From Rhizophagus irregularis (taxonomy: Eukaryota), in NCBI RefSeq assembly GCF_026210795.1, contig NC_089429.1, positions 744,001 to 808,000 on the forward strand: 64,000 bases of DNA. The letters are read 5' to 3'. The translations under genes were made by a program, and so were the position numbers. The notes under the pieces are model-generated. The model was not told the origin of the DNA, ran no database searches, and worked only from the letters and a program-made list of their open reading frames with translations. Shown here piece by piece: positions 1 through 13,183 of this stretch (its first letter is position 1; each line of letters starts with the position of its first letter).

Positions 1-433
1 AATTCCGATTAGAATTTTTATGGTTTAACCCTTACGATAATCATTAAACAAAAATAGTAAGTTGTAAAACATAATAAATAGTGGAATAATTGTCCGAATA
101 ACCCTACTTTGCTCTTTCTTCTATATCCGAAAATCATTATGACTTTGTTCGAATTTAACTTTATTGGATGTTTAGGCGTTAATTATAATAAAATAAAATA
201 ACTTTCCTAATCCAACTTTTTTTGTTTTTCTGTATTGATCAACAAAATCAATTCTCCGTAAAATCCGTAAAGCGGAAATAATGAAATATTAATTACATAA
301 ATACTTTGAAAATTTTCTCAACATGCTTCCTCATAATTTCGAGGTTTATAAATTTTTTTTTTTCCTAGAATAATATAAAAATTATTATTATTATTATTTT
401 CTTTTATTCTGAAAGTTAGATAAATACGGAATC

Positions 434-3049
434 ATGTCTAATATTACCCTCTCTTGTCTTATTCAAGGAACAAGCCTTGATAAGTATTTTAAGATTACTA
501 TCGACAAGAACAATGACATTTCTGATCTTAAGGATATCGTTTGGAATAAAAATAAGACCACCTTTTCCAACATTGATGCTAATAACCTAATTCTATGGAA
601 AGTAAAAATTCCCATCAGCGACAAGGCGAAGTTCAAACAACTTGATTTCACCGAGTCAACTATTGAGGGCGATTTGGGTGGTACTAAGATAAATGATGCA
701 TCTGATGAAATTAAAGATGTCTTCGGTAATTCTCCCGTGAGAAAACATATTCATATTATCATTGGACAACCTACTATTGTACAACTCACAACTACCACAC
801 GCGCGTTGAATCAAGAGACGCAAAGCTTAGCTAACGAATATAATGGTAGAAGCTTATTTTCAGGTAATTATTTATTTACTTTAAACAGATTTAAAAGTTT
901 AGTTAATAAGAAGTTTAGTCATGCCTCTATGACTTTACCAAATTTATTTATTTCGACAAGTTTCTTTTTTTCTTATCAAAAGACGAAATATATTGATACT
1001 GATTTTAATATCTTACTCATTTCTCAAAGATAATCTTTTTTCTAATCGTGAAACATCTGACATTTCCAAAAATGACCAACCCGATAAGAAAAATTCTCGT
1101 GAATATATTACTAATACGAGATCCAGACAATCATCACATAATAACTCCTTACGATCTGAATTTAGACAAGGTATTTTTTTTTTCCGGCGAAACTTTTTTT
1201 ATATTAATAATAGAAAAATTATTGACGCAAAGTTAATTTTCTAAAAGGTTTAAATTATGATGAAACCAATATATTCGGACTTTCGTTATACAATCAAAAT
1301 AAACAGAATAGTGGAATTAATAATCGAACTGGATTTAACCTATCCGGTCAATCGCCATGTACTTGTAAAATTCTTTTATTGGGCGGAACTGGAACCGGAA
1401 AGTCAACGATCATTAATATGATGGCAAATTATTTTCTGGATGGTACTTTAGAAAATCCAAAAGTCGTTATTCCAACTAAATATTTTGAAGTTACTGAAAA
1501 TGGTACTGTTTTAAAGTCGTTATAAAATTATTTTAAAATTCAGTTTATTGAAGGTATTAATTTTCTTTATCAAATCTTATTTCAGCTTTTGGAAGAAATG
1601 ATACTGAAGCGAAAGTTGGAGATGTAACTAGGAGTCAGACAACAAAATGTTGCAATTACGAATTTAAACATCCAGAAAATCCATCTTGTAATTTTGTCTT
1701 CATCGACACTCCAGGAATGAGTGATACGAATGGAATAGAGCAAGATGACAAGAATATTCAAGAGATTATTAATACAGCAATTGATGCCGGATCATTAACT
1801 GCCATCATTATTATTGCTAGTGGTACCGAAGCTAGAGTAACTCCAACAATAAAAAATACTTTAACTCGTCTGGCGAACAATCTTCCTGATGAAATTGTCT
1901 CAAATAATCTCCTACTTATTTTAACAAAGTGTACAAAATCTAGTGCTAGTTTCTCTGAGGATGTTTTTGCAAAAGAAATCGCGAAGCCAAAGGTTAGTAT
2001 ATCATTTCTTTTCTAATAAAAAAAAAATTATACTACATTTAATCAAATAATATTCTCGATTTCTAGAAAATTTTTTATATGGACAACCAAATTTTCTGCG
2101 CCGACCCTCAAATTTGGCTAAATGATGAAGATGAATATTCTACCGTTAAACATCAATGGGATAAATCTTTCAAAACATTCAGTAATCTCTTAAAAATCAT
2201 CACAGAAATGAATGCTACCTCAACTGAAGCATTTACAACAATGAGGGAACTTCGTAATAAAATTAAATCGGAAATCGTTACAATTTCTCAAACCACCACA
2301 AATATTCAACAAGTACAAGACAAACTTGAAGCCGCCTATAAAGCTTTGCGGAAAACCGGAGATCAAAAAAATTCATTCGCTAACTATACAACAACTGAAG
2401 AAATAACAATTAAGAAACCAATTCAAAAAGATACTAAAGACACACTTTGTACCACTCATATGAGAGATGGAACGATTTGTCATGAAAATTGTCAACTTGA
2501 GGTTAATTTTGAAAGTGGATCAAGTCATTTTATTCGTTGTTCTTGTATGGGACAAGATGGTAAATGTAGAATATGTGGGTGTGAACCTTCAAGGTACTAA
2601 TAATAATTTTTAAATTTGTTTTCATATTTTATCAACATTGATATTAATACTAATTTCTTATTTTTTTATAAAGTCACTATCATGATAACACTGAAATGGT
2701 AACCGAAACTAAGACAATTGAAAAAGTTCTTGAAGATATAAAAGCGCAATATGACATGGCCGATAAAACTCATAAAAAGATTAGTAATTATGCACACCAA
2801 TTCCAAGAAACATTCGCTAATCTCCAAGATCAAGCAAATGCTAATTACGATAGAATTTTTCAACTTTGCACCGACCTTAGTAAAATTTGTTCTCGATTCA
2901 ACTTTGTTAATGAACTTCATGCAAATATTGAGAATATGCGGATGGATGCTAGAAACATACAGAGCATCGATTTACGAAAGAATGCTGAATCAGATATTAG
3001 GAAACTTGAAACTTTTATTAACGGTTTATCAAATAGAATAAATAAATAG
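434..3049 (+). CDS. Crinkler (CRN)-type N-terminal domain fused to AIG1/GIMAP/septin-like P-loop GTPase, Cys/His-rich motif and coiled coils; 6 exons (434-863, 1030-1170, 1248-1502, 1586-1992, 2067-2593, 2674-3049), ~711 aa
   Basis: N-terminus LSCLIQG...LILWKV...HIHIII matches the CRN ubiquitin-like header (LWKV, HV/HI motifs). Spliced exons give G1 GGTGTGKS, G2 SQTT, G3 FIDTPG and a G4-like LTKC. All five introns are GT-AG and the phases join into one open frame of 2136 nt. Confidence 0.85.
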
Positions 3050-4758
3050 AATAGTTTAGCTTCATAAGCGTTAGTTAGAACTTCAGCAAAATATTTAATT
3101 TAATTTAAAAACTTTTTAAATCCTTTAGAAAAATCAAATGCATTATATAATAAAGATTAAACAAAGTTGTAACATGCTTTCAAAAAATTAAACCAAATTT
3201 TAATTCGTGGGGATATTTTTCGTTAATCAATAAATCTCAAAATTGTTATATACAAAATGTAAAAGCGAGATTACAGAACTTAATTAGATGCAGCACAAAT
3301 AATATATAATGATTTTAAAGGTAATAATTTCCTATTACAAATCAAATGTTATCACATCAAGGGTTGATATCTTTGAGTTTGTTCGTGATGACACTTCTTT
3401 TTTTTTTGCTCCATTGACCATTGACAACACTAAGGACACCAATATATCTATCCTGCAATAATCAGAAAAAAACAATTAGAAAATTCAACCAGCAAACTAA
3501 CAATACATAAAACCAAACCTTTAATCGTGAATTTCATGATAATAATTGCCAAGATTATAATAATATTATTAATTTACAATATTACTACCGATCCCAAGAA
3601 ACGAGAGAGTGGTGAAATAATATTAATTCGGAATATGATCATGTATATGACATTTTTCGGGTTAGAGAACGTTTCGGGTGTTTAACTTTCGGCTCGTGTA
3701 TTACACTATTACCATTAATTATCATAAAAATATCCACATATTGATATTTCATCCTGAACAGCACCGAGAAAATCTGTGCGAGCAAGACTGAAATCGGATC
3801 TCTCTAACCAAAGATGTCATCAAAGATCAAATTGTAAAAAAATGTGGAGTTTTAGAAACGCGCTTAAAAAAAAATTAAGAATAAATAATCGATAGGTTAA
3901 TTTTGGACATCTAAGATTGTGAAAAACAAAAAAAAAAAAAAAAAAAATGAAAATTTATAACAAAAAATCAAAATTATTTATTCATAATAATTAATGTTAA
4001 TCATTACAAATAAAAGTTTTCTTTTGGGGACTTAGCAGTTATCGTTATTATCATAAAAAAGTAATCGAAATTAGAAAAATCAACGTTACGAAAAGAAAAG
4101 AGAAGTAGAAGAGTTATTACCGAATGAGAACGTGGTGGTCGATTTGGTGAATAAATCATAGGTCAGATTTTCTAGACGAACAAATATCAAAGCATTCGCC
4201 AGAAAAAAAAAACGGATAAGAATACTTATCCTGAGGAAGTAAGTGGAGATGATAGTAGATTTTCGGACCGAGAAAATAAAAGGTGTAAGCAGAACACATT
4301 GGAGGAATTCGTACAGATAGCGGATCAGTCTACAGTGGAAGAATTAAAGTCATTTCAGAAGTTAACGGTAAGATTAATTAATGAATTGTTAGGGACATCG
4401 TTTTCACCAAAAGGTAGTCGAGGATGTCTACTTTAGTTAATATGAATTTTGGTATAGTTAAAACCATTTTTTATTTTTTATTTTTATTTATCAGTAATAG
4501 TTAGTACTTAGTATACATAAAATTTTATAAACAAAACAAAATTGAAAAAGTAAATAAAAAATTAAACTAAACTAAAAGAAAAGATACTACTTCGTACGGT
4601 GAGGTAATTATAAACGAAACTATTTAAAATCTAACCAACTAAACTTTAAAACCGTTTCTATAATTAACCCACTACTAGTAAAACCTTGGTAAGTTGAAGC
4701 CCGCCCTGCAGAATAAAGTACCTTAACCCTATAATTATATGACAAAAACTATTAATCT

Positions 4759-4866
4759 ATGAAAGTACCGGAAATTTTATTCGCATATCGAACTAAGAAG
4801 AATGATTCAACAAAATTGGAACCAGGATATTTAATATATGGAAGACAAATGAAGACATTATTGAAC
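4759..4866 (+). pseudogene. Retroviral-type (Gypsy/Ginger) integrase core C-terminal fragment
   Basis: Translates as MKVPEILFAYRTKKNDSTKLEPGYLIYGRQMKTLLN, matching the LFAYRT...ST..P..L.YGR motif at the end of rve integrase cores. Isolated fragment. Confidence 0.6.
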
Positions 4867-6099
4867 GTTATTTTGCTGGTTTTTTAAAATTATTAGAGTT
4901 AGGTTTAGGGCAATGGGATTAGGGTTAGGACGATTTTTGAAACTCGCTCGTTAAAAAGAAGAGACGTTTACAGCATGAACAAATGATGAAAAAAAATCGA
5001 GAATGTAAAAAAGATTCAGAATACGCAGATAATTTAGTGCAATGATCATTAGGTAAAATTGCACACTTATTATCCAAGCATTATTTGTTGCATTGTTCTT
5101 TTTTTATAGAACGATGCGATGTAATTTATATTTAAAAAGTTGACTAATCGAGCATATGCGTATTATTCGGCTTGTTAAATGTATAATATTTTGGTTTCGG
5201 TAAGTTGTGTTATAACTACAAGACAAAAACGTAAGATAGTTTTGTATAATATTATCTAGTAAGGAAATTTCTATTTATTTTATGTTATAGATAGAGCATT
5301 ATAAAATATTACATCTGTAAGGTATAATTATCGAAATGTATTTCGACCTAGTTTCAATAAATGGATAACGGGAAAAAAAACCAAAATTTTATAAATTGAC
5401 TGGTTCAAATTTTCGATTTCAATTTGATTTCTAATACATCGTGAGTAGGGATTTTCATGTTTGCAACCATTTCTTCGATCAACTTCGACAAAACAAAAAT
5501 AAACTTCATTTTTTGTAATGAGTTTTGCAACATTTTTTTTTTTATATAAAATTCAACACATATTAAATAAATTATCAAACATTTGCCAAATCAGAACTTC
5601 GTTATTAATCTATGATATCGTATGAGTAGAATTTTGACAAACCATTTAACAATCGTGTAGAATTACAATTAGTTTCGATCACGAAATTTTTATCGTTACG
5701 TCACTCTTCGAATTCCCATGTTAATCAAACATCCAATTATCCCACATATAATTGAATTTTAATTTTTTAGGAAAAAAGAATGCCAAAAAGAATTCCTGAA
5801 TAACGTATATTAGCGAATGCAATTTATTATTCACCTCAAAAGTTAACAGTTTAATTTTTAATATCCATCGCTCATTAAATAAATTAATGAATGTCATCAG
5901 TTTTATTTTAGAGGAAGAAGTATGATAAAATAAATATAATAAAAAATAAAATACATTGTTATTATGGACACGGAAGCGGAAAAAAACTTCGAGTATGTGA
6001 GGGAATTAAGGGGTTAATGTAAGAGCTTCTTTCTGAGTTATATAGAATTGACAAATCTAGTAAATAAACGCTTAATTCATTCGTTAGGATGATGCTATA

Positions 6100-6294
6100 C
6101 AGTCAAAGCTCGTTATAGTGGATCTCGTTATAGTGAACATTAAGTAAAATCGCGTTATAGTGACCTATTGATTTTTTTCCTTATAATTAATTTCTCTCGA
6201 TATAGTGAATTTTCTTAATAAATCTCGTTATAGTGAAAAAAAGGGAAAAAATTACATAGTGGAACGGAAAGTTCACTATAACGAGCTTTGACTG
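6100..6294. mobile_element. Tc1/mariner-type MITE
   Basis: TIR CAGTCAAAGCTCGTTATAGTG ... CACTATAACGAGCTTTGACTG, TA on both sides, internal CGTTATAGTG repeats. A collapsed relative lies at ~60362-60401. Confidence 0.9.
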
Positions 6295-6330
6295 TATTAG
6301 GCGATTCAGCCCTATTTACTAGGTTACAAG

Positions 6331-6596
6331 TAGAGGTCTGCAAACGGGACCCGGGTCCGGGTTTGGGCTGTCAAACTTTCTTCAAAATTCACCCGGGTTA
6401 GGTCCGGGCCGGCACATTATTTTCGTTACAGTAAACCCGGATTTTCGTAATTCCGGCCAAAATCGTCTTAATTCTGGCCGAACTTAAACTGGCCAGAATT
6501 AAGTTGGCCGATTTTTTGTTTTTATAAAAAAATGATATAATAATCATAATCTGGGTCCGGTCCGGGTTGTAAAATAGGGGTCAATGTAGACCTCTA
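6331..6596. mobile_element. hAT-type MITE
   Basis: TIR TAGAGGTCTGCA / TGTAGACCTCTA; perfect 8-bp TSD GTTACAAG at 6323-6330 and 6597-6604; subterminal CCGGG repeats. Confidence 0.9.
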
Positions 6597-7304
6597 GTTA
6601 CAAGTAAAATTTTTTTAGAAGGTATCACCAGGATGCTTTGTCAAATCTAGATAGGGCACCTTTCAATTCCCGCACTATTTGAGGTCCAATACTCTCACTA
6701 CAATTCCATAAAAATCACATTTAAAAAATATTATAATTTCGTATTTGATTTAATCATAATACTTACTCTGTATAGTAAATAATAATGAACGAGTATTCGC
6801 GTTATATATGGGGTCATACAAACTTAATTTTTTTGGATTTCATAACATAAAAAATGACCTGATAACCTGGCTTTTAATTTTTTTTTTCAAAAATTTCATA
6901 TGCATGAAAATTTTTTTAATATAATAGATAAAAAATTTTTCAAGATTTAGCAAAAACTGACCCACCCGAGATATGATTATTACTTTGCGTCGCCTAATCT
7001 ATTATTCCGATGCATATGTCACTAATGTCAGTCAGCTTTCGAAAACGGGAGGAACGTTCACAGCAGGCCGTTCAGCGTACGCCAGGTCTTGGTAACCTTC
7101 GCAAGCTGCTGTCACGAAGTGCTTTGATTTACGCCTAGTGGCAGCGTATCTTCGGATCAAAACAACTCTACAAATTATTCCATTGAAAAACTCACCTTGT
7201 TCGATGTACTTCAATATTCAACGTCTTTAAATTTTATTTTATGTTATTTTCTTGAATTCGTCTCATTTTGATAGATCAGTAAAAATTTCAACGTAGAGGG
7301 GTAT

Positions 7305-7447
7305 GCTGCGTGCGTAGTGGCCAGTCGCACATAATCACTGAGGTTCCAGAAACCCGGTACGTATAAAAGTGGGTTTCAAAACAAGTTTTCCTTTTCGCTG
7401 ACATGTAGTAATATGACCCGTAACTAGCATCATCTCAAAAAAATAAA
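7305..7447 (+). mobile_element. Possible degenerate tRNA-derived SINE
   Basis: A-box-like GCGTAGTGG, CATAA (Met-anticodon-loop-like), B-box-like GGTTCCAGAAACCCGG, A-rich tail at 7437-7447, imperfect flanking repeat AGAGG(GG)TAT. Confidence 0.3.
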
Positions 7448-8368
7448 GAGGTATTGCTAAAGAAAACTAAATTTAGTAAAAATATGTGAAGTGATAACGA
7501 AAGTGTTTTATTAAAAAATTTCGGTTCGGTTCATACTACATTTAGATTTTCCGTGATAATTTCAGTGTTATTCACGAATCAAATTTAGCGGTAAACAAAT
7601 TTTTATTGAATTGGCCTAGAAAAAATAAATATGGAAAGTTGGCACCATTTAAAAACTCCAACTCTATTTGTACTTATTGTGAATCCAATTGAATTTATAT
7701 ATTATCACATTTATGGAAATAATTAAAAAGGAGTAAATCCTCAAAATGATCGTCTACAAAGGTTTATTACAATAGCTTTACCTTTTAAGATCATTGAATA
7801 CAAAGACTTCGTTATTATTATGATTATAAATCATGTGAATAATAGGATTTAAATAAATCGACATGCATCTCAATGAACATTGCTATTTCTTCAATAACTT
7901 ACCATTTTTTTACAAGTGTGTTTCCCACGATAGGTATGACAATTACGACGTTACGTATTACAGAAAAATAATTGTTACTCTATCATATGATCTTTTGTCA
8001 TTTAACGTATTCGTTATCGTTATCTGATATATTATATCAGGAAATCGGAGAAAGAACAATAATTTAATGAAAATTTTTTTTCACTTTTTATTACTATAAA
8101 AATTGCAATTTAGGTCTTTCATTTTTTTTTCAATTTTCCTTTCAATTATTATGAAAATAAAAATTTAAAAGATAACACGTTTTGGTTGTTTCCGAATTCC
8201 GACAAATAACTTGAAAATAAAAAAATTGATATAAATTTACCCCCTAATTTTAAGCGTAATTTTTTTTTTTAAAAAAAAAATTTCCCACCCTTTTTTACGT
8301 TATCGTTTAAATATCGAGTAAAATCACCTTCGTGTACTGTTCTTCATAAGTCAATTTCGTTTTACAAC

Positions 8369-10039
8369 ATGGCATGTTTGAAAATATTTTCTGGCGTCTT
8401 TCCTGAAATTATGGAAGAAATCATACGATATCTTCGTAATGATTTTTCAACTTTACATTCATGTATATTAGTTAATAGACTCTGGTGTCGTTTAACAATT
8501 CCATTATTATGGGAGGACCCATTTTCAATTGCTACTAGAAATTTCCATTTTATTGAAATTTATTTACATGAATTAAATAATGATGATAAAACAAAATTAA
8601 TAAATTATAGAATGAAAAATGATATAATTCCTTTAAATACATTATTTAATTATTCTAGTTTCATTAAAAAGTTAAACACAAAACATATTATTTATATCAT
8701 AGAAATTTGGATTAAAGAAGCTAGAAGTTTAACAAATAAAGATCGTGCAGGTTATAAATATAAGGAATGTACGAGATTAGTTTATGAATTCTTATTTAAA
8801 ATATTTACAAATAATGCAAATTTAAATACTTTTGAAATTGTTTTAATGGGATATCGATGGGATTTATCTTTTTTTTTTGAAGATATATTTAATACTTCAT
8901 TAAGTAATCCAAATTTCATACGTAATATTAAAAATTTAACGCTCTATGTATCATATAAAAATGCTGTTACAACAATAGAATATTTAAGAATTGAACAATT
9001 TTTATCATTAATTTCTTCTAAATGTAATTTAATTACATCACTTGATCTTCGACTTGATTATAATGAAAATATTATTAATAATGATAATAATATATTCAAA
9101 AAATTTACTTCTGATATAATTAAATCACAAAATGGTATTAAAAAGATATTATTTAATGGTGATTCATTTGATATTTTAGATAAATTATATTTATTAAAAA
9201 ATTTAAATAATCCTAATTTATTAAAAACAATTATATTTAATGAGATTAATTTTACAAATATTAATATTAATATAATTGAAATATTAGAAAAATTAAATGG
9301 TTTAGAATCTTTTCATATTCTTAATTGTAAATTAAATTTTGATAATATTCAACAATTAATTAATATTACTAAACCATTTAAATTAAGATCTTTATTTATA
9401 AATATGATTGTTGTTAACATTGAACAATTTCAATTATTATTAGAAGTATATGGTAAATATTTAGAAAATATTAAATTTGGAAAATTATCAGATAATGAAT
9501 CAAAAGAAAAATTAATCAATTTAATGATAAAATATTGTCCAAAAATACGTTATTTTGAATTACATAAATCTGTCGATGATCGAAATATTCATTCAACATT
9601 TAATTTGATTAAGAATATTGGATATAATCTTAATTATCTTGATATTAATTTCCCTCAAAATTTTAATCTTTGTTCAATTATTTTACAAGAATTAGGACAA
9701 ATACTTCCTAAAAAATTAAAATATTTAAATTTAAATATTATAATTAATCTTAATGATTTTAAAATATTTTTAAATAATTCTAAAAATACTTTTATAGAAA
9801 AATTATTAATTCTTAATAATAATTCGAATGATGAAAATGATGAAAGGATTTTAATTTATTTAAAAGAACATAATATGAAAATTAAGAGATTAAATTATTT
9901 AGCTTACGTTAAAGGAAATGGTGTAAATTTATCTTGTATGAAGAATGAAGCAAAAGAATTTAGATCTTATGGTATTCAGATTTTAAATTATAATGATTCA
10001 TCTATACAATTTGTAGATTTTGTAAAAGAAATGTATTAG
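8369..10039 (+). CDS. F-box/LRR (RNI-like) protein, subfamily A, 556 aa, intronless
   Basis: F-box-like FPEIMEEIIRYLRNDFSTLHSCILVNRLWCRLTIPLLWEDPF followed by degenerate LxxLxL repeats. Confidence 0.85.
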   Translation: MACLKIFSGVFPEIMEEIIRYLRNDFSTLHSCILVNRLWCRLTIPLLWEDPFSIATRNFHFIEIYLHELNNDDKTKLINYRMKNDIIPLNTLFNYSSFIKKLNTKHIIYIIEIWIKEARSLTNKDRAGYKYKECTRLVYEFLFKIFTNNANLNTFEIVLMGYRWDLSFFFEDIFNTSLSNPNFIRNIKNLTLYVSYKNAVTTIEYLRIEQFLSLISSKCNLITSLDLRLDYNENIINNDNNIFKKFTSDIIKSQNGIKKILFNGDSFDILDKLYLLKNLNNPNLLKTIIFNEINFTNININIIEILEKLNGLESFHILNCKLNFDNIQQLINITKPFKLRSLFINMIVVNIEQFQLLLEVYGKYLENIKFGKLSDNESKEKLINLMIKYCPKIRYFELHKSVDDRNIHSTFNLIKNIGYNLNYLDINFPQNFNLCSIILQELGQILPKKLKYLNLNIIINLNDFKIFLNNSKNTFIEKLLILNNNSNDENDERILIYLKEHNMKIKRLNYLAYVKGNGVNLSCMKNEAKEFRSYGIQILNYNDSSIQFVDFVKEMY

Positions 10040-10738
10040 TTTTTTTTTTTAATTTTAAATGTCGTCATTATTTAATAAAATTATCTTTTAATCACGCGAG
10101 ACGTACTTTTGTAAATTTTAACGGAAATATGACGTCATCACATCCATCAAGGAATCTGTGTATCGGATTATCCGATATCACAATCAAAATAAGATTATTA
10201 TTATTATTGTCCGAGTCCAGAACTACAAAAACAAGTAGTATGCATTTATAAATGGGGCGAATGGGGCGTAAGTGAAAATGATCGACGTTACCTGACGTCA
10301 TTTGATCAGTTGCTAAAGACTGACACTAACGCTGTGTTCTAACGAGTAACAATGCGCACCAAAACTTCGGTATTCGTTCCATTAATTTTCGTATATATTA
10401 TAACAAGATCAACAACTGTTAAATTCCACGCCTTTGATATTTAATCGTGTCAATCATTATCCCCGAACCATCCTCGTATCTAACACGTTTTTTTACCCAT
10501 AATTTCTGATAAAATATTTCTATCACGATATTTTATTAAATTGCAAGGTTATTTACTAATTACTATCGAAAAATATTCAATACAATTAATCAAAATATTA
10601 TTTATTTTAAATATTGACTTTATTTATAAGTAAATAAAAAATACAGTAAATACAAAATAAACCCTAGATAAAAAGCTATAAAAACCCTTAGTTTACTAAA
10701 ATATTAATACTAATCCACTACTACTAGAACCCATTATT

Positions 10739-12307
10739 TCAACAACCTGATTCACTAAATTCTATTATTTCAACTCCTTTAGCTTTAATCCTATTCAATA
10801 ATTTTAATTCCTCATCATTCAATTCTTTATTCAATTTCACCATACCAAGAACTTTTAAATTATTGTTACTTCTTTCAATATAATTTAAAACAATTTTAAG
10901 AAATTCTATTTCAATAATTTGATTTAAATTAAGTATTTCAAAATTATTATGACAATTTTCTAAAAATTCCTTAAATTTTAAAAAATTATTAAAATTATGA
11001 GAATAAACATAAATAGAAATTTCACTAATATTAATAGGTATATTATTTGCTAAATTTATAAAGAGTTTATCAATATTATAAAAAATACTAATACTTAACA
11101 TTCTTGTTCTTAAATTTTTAAAAAGTTGTATCACTGATAATTCTATATTTAAAGAAATCGTTATTTTTAAAAAATTAAGATTTGGACAATAAATTGATAT
11201 ATTTTCAATAAGTGAACTTGTTGGGGTTTCAATTACTAATAATAATCTTTGTAATGATGCTCCAAAATATTTGATCATTAAAGTTATAACTTCAATATCC
11301 CATTTATTTTGTTTAAAAATTAATTCCTTGAGATTAAATAAAGCTAAATCTAAACCCTCCAATTGTTTTAATAATATACCTCTACATTGTTCAAATTTTA
11401 AATATTTTAAATTATATAAATTATTAAAACTTTTTAATTCAATATTACTAAAATCCGCGTCTATAAATTCAATATGAACTAAAGAATTCTTTTGAAATTC
11501 TAAAGATAAAAGAATATTATTTAATAAAAAATTACAATTCCATAATTCAAATATTTTAAGTTTGTTATGCATTTGAATAATTGTACAAAGCTTTTCTAAA
11601 GTATTAGTAGTAGTATTGATCAAATCATCGAAAGTATCATGTTGAAATAATGATCTATGAATTTTAGGTAATTTAATTGTTAATTTACTAGAATTTAAAT
11701 AATTATTTGATATATTCCTTAAAAATTCTTGTTCAATTTCTCCTTTTAAATGAAATTCTAATGATAAAGAATTTAATCTTGTTAAATTTAAAGGGAAATT
11801 TTGAAAATTATAATTTTTAAAATTTTCTTTATAAAATAAATTGAACGAAATATATAATTGTTTAATGTTTCTACTTTGTCTTAAAATTGATCGAAGAAAT
11901 ATTGGAATAATATCATCATATATTTTTTGAAAAATTGTTAAATCTGAACAATATTTAACAAACCATCTATAAATAATAGAATTTATTATATTACTATTAT
12001 AATTTTCTAAATATTTTGGATATTCGAATAATGGTTTGTATTCTTTATTAAAATTAATATAATTAATCTGTTTTAATCCTAATTGTTTCTTCAATTGTAA
12101 AATTTCTGCTTTATTAAAGCAAAGAATTAATGTTAAAGTGATTAGACAACTTTTTTCCGTTACTTTTACAAAAGGATTTGCGTAAAGCAATGGTATGGTT
12201 GATTTACACCAAAATCGATTGACTAATAAACATTTAAATAAAGTTGAACGATCATCTTGAAGGTATTGTAAAATGGAATGAATACTATCATCTGTTAAAT
12301 AAATCAT
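10739..12307 (-). CDS. F-box/LRR protein, subfamily B, 522 aa
   Basis: F-box-like LTDDSIHSILQYL...CLLVNRFWCKSTIPLLYANPF; clear paralog of the genes at 18211 and 22313. Confidence 0.85.
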   Translation of the reverse strand: MIYLTDDSIHSILQYLQDDRSTLFKCLLVNRFWCKSTIPLLYANPFVKVTEKSCLITLTLILCFNKAEILQLKKQLGLKQINYINFNKEYKPLFEYPKYLENYNSNIINSIIYRWFVKYCSDLTIFQKIYDDIIPIFLRSILRQSRNIKQLYISFNLFYKENFKNYNFQNFPLNLTRLNSLSLEFHLKGEIEQEFLRNISNNYLNSSKLTIKLPKIHRSLFQHDTFDDLINTTTNTLEKLCTIIQMHNKLKIFELWNCNFLLNNILLSLEFQKNSLVHIEFIDADFSNIELKSFNNLYNLKYLKFEQCRGILLKQLEGLDLALFNLKELIFKQNKWDIEVITLMIKYFGASLQRLLLVIETPTSSLIENISIYCPNLNFLKITISLNIELSVIQLFKNLRTRMLSISIFYNIDKLFINLANNIPINISEISIYVYSHNFNNFLKFKEFLENCHNNFEILNLNQIIEIEFLKIVLNYIERSNNNLKVLGMVKLNKELNDEELKLLNRIKAKGVEIIEFSESGC

Positions 12308-12919
12308 AATTTTTATCTTTAAAAAAAAAATTTAGGAAGGAAAAAAAATATAAAGTTATTATCGGAGTATTCGGAACAAATTAATTATTATATCCCAATT
12401 ATAGAAGTCACATGGTTGTACATTATTTTGTAATACCGTAACACATTGTAGGTATTTCCATGAAACTTAAAATTAGAATTAGTAAATTATTTTTGTAATT
12501 TGTTCGATAATAATAAAAATTCATTTACAATTATTCCTGGTTTACTTGTTGGTTTCAGGAATAATTAGAAAGCAATTTAGAGTTATCGAATAGAAGGTTG
12601 AAATAACATGAATAAAATCCTTCATTGGTTCAATTCCACGTGATGATCAACATTGATTTAGCCATTAAATTAGTCGATCATTCTATATAAGGATTATAAT
12701 TAATTTCCATAATTAGAAGCGATTTTATTAATCGATTAATCGTTTCTTCTAAAATTAGATTTTCGAAGTGCATCATTGCAGAATTGCAGGAAAATTTTCA
12801 ATGATCACATATTTAACATATAAATCCAGCCAGAATTTAAGATTTTTGCGTAACACTATTCAAAATTTCGCTTAACTGATAACGCTAATATCCGTAACAA
12901 AATTTTGTGTGACAGTTCT

Positions 12920-13183
12920 TAAGCGCGGAAATCCGCGGATCGGATTTCTGCGGATCATCCGTTGGATATCCGGATCAAACATAGTATGATCATCCGCGGA
13001 TACTGATTGACGGATGGAAATTATCCGCGAATTGTAACACTACCTTTTACCTGGTGGCTAAACTGTTTATACGATATCATGTGATTTCTAATTTCGTAAT
13101 TCGGGCCGGCACTATAGTTTCGATTTTTATTCGATAATCGAGTTTAATCGGATTTTCGATTAATTCGATTTAGCCAATCCCTA
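12920..13183. mobile_element. Cluster of DNA-transposon end relics (hAT-like termini)
   Basis: CGGAT/ATCCG-rich repeats ending TGTAACACTA, then CCGGCACTA, then a TCGAT-rich tract ending GCCAATCCCTA; each reverse-complements to a TAG(G/T)G start. Confidence 0.45.

Noticed and set aside
434..1033. Stand-alone 199-aa CRN ORF
   Set aside because: It reads through intron 1; the donor at 864 and acceptor at 1029 give an in-phase join to the GTPase exons.
3922..3947. Poly(A) tract as another retroposon tail
   Set aside because: No matching TSD or element body was found.
4080..4436. Coding-like purine-rich stretch with a stop and frameshift
   Set aside because: Probably a decayed gene or TE, but no recognisable motif.
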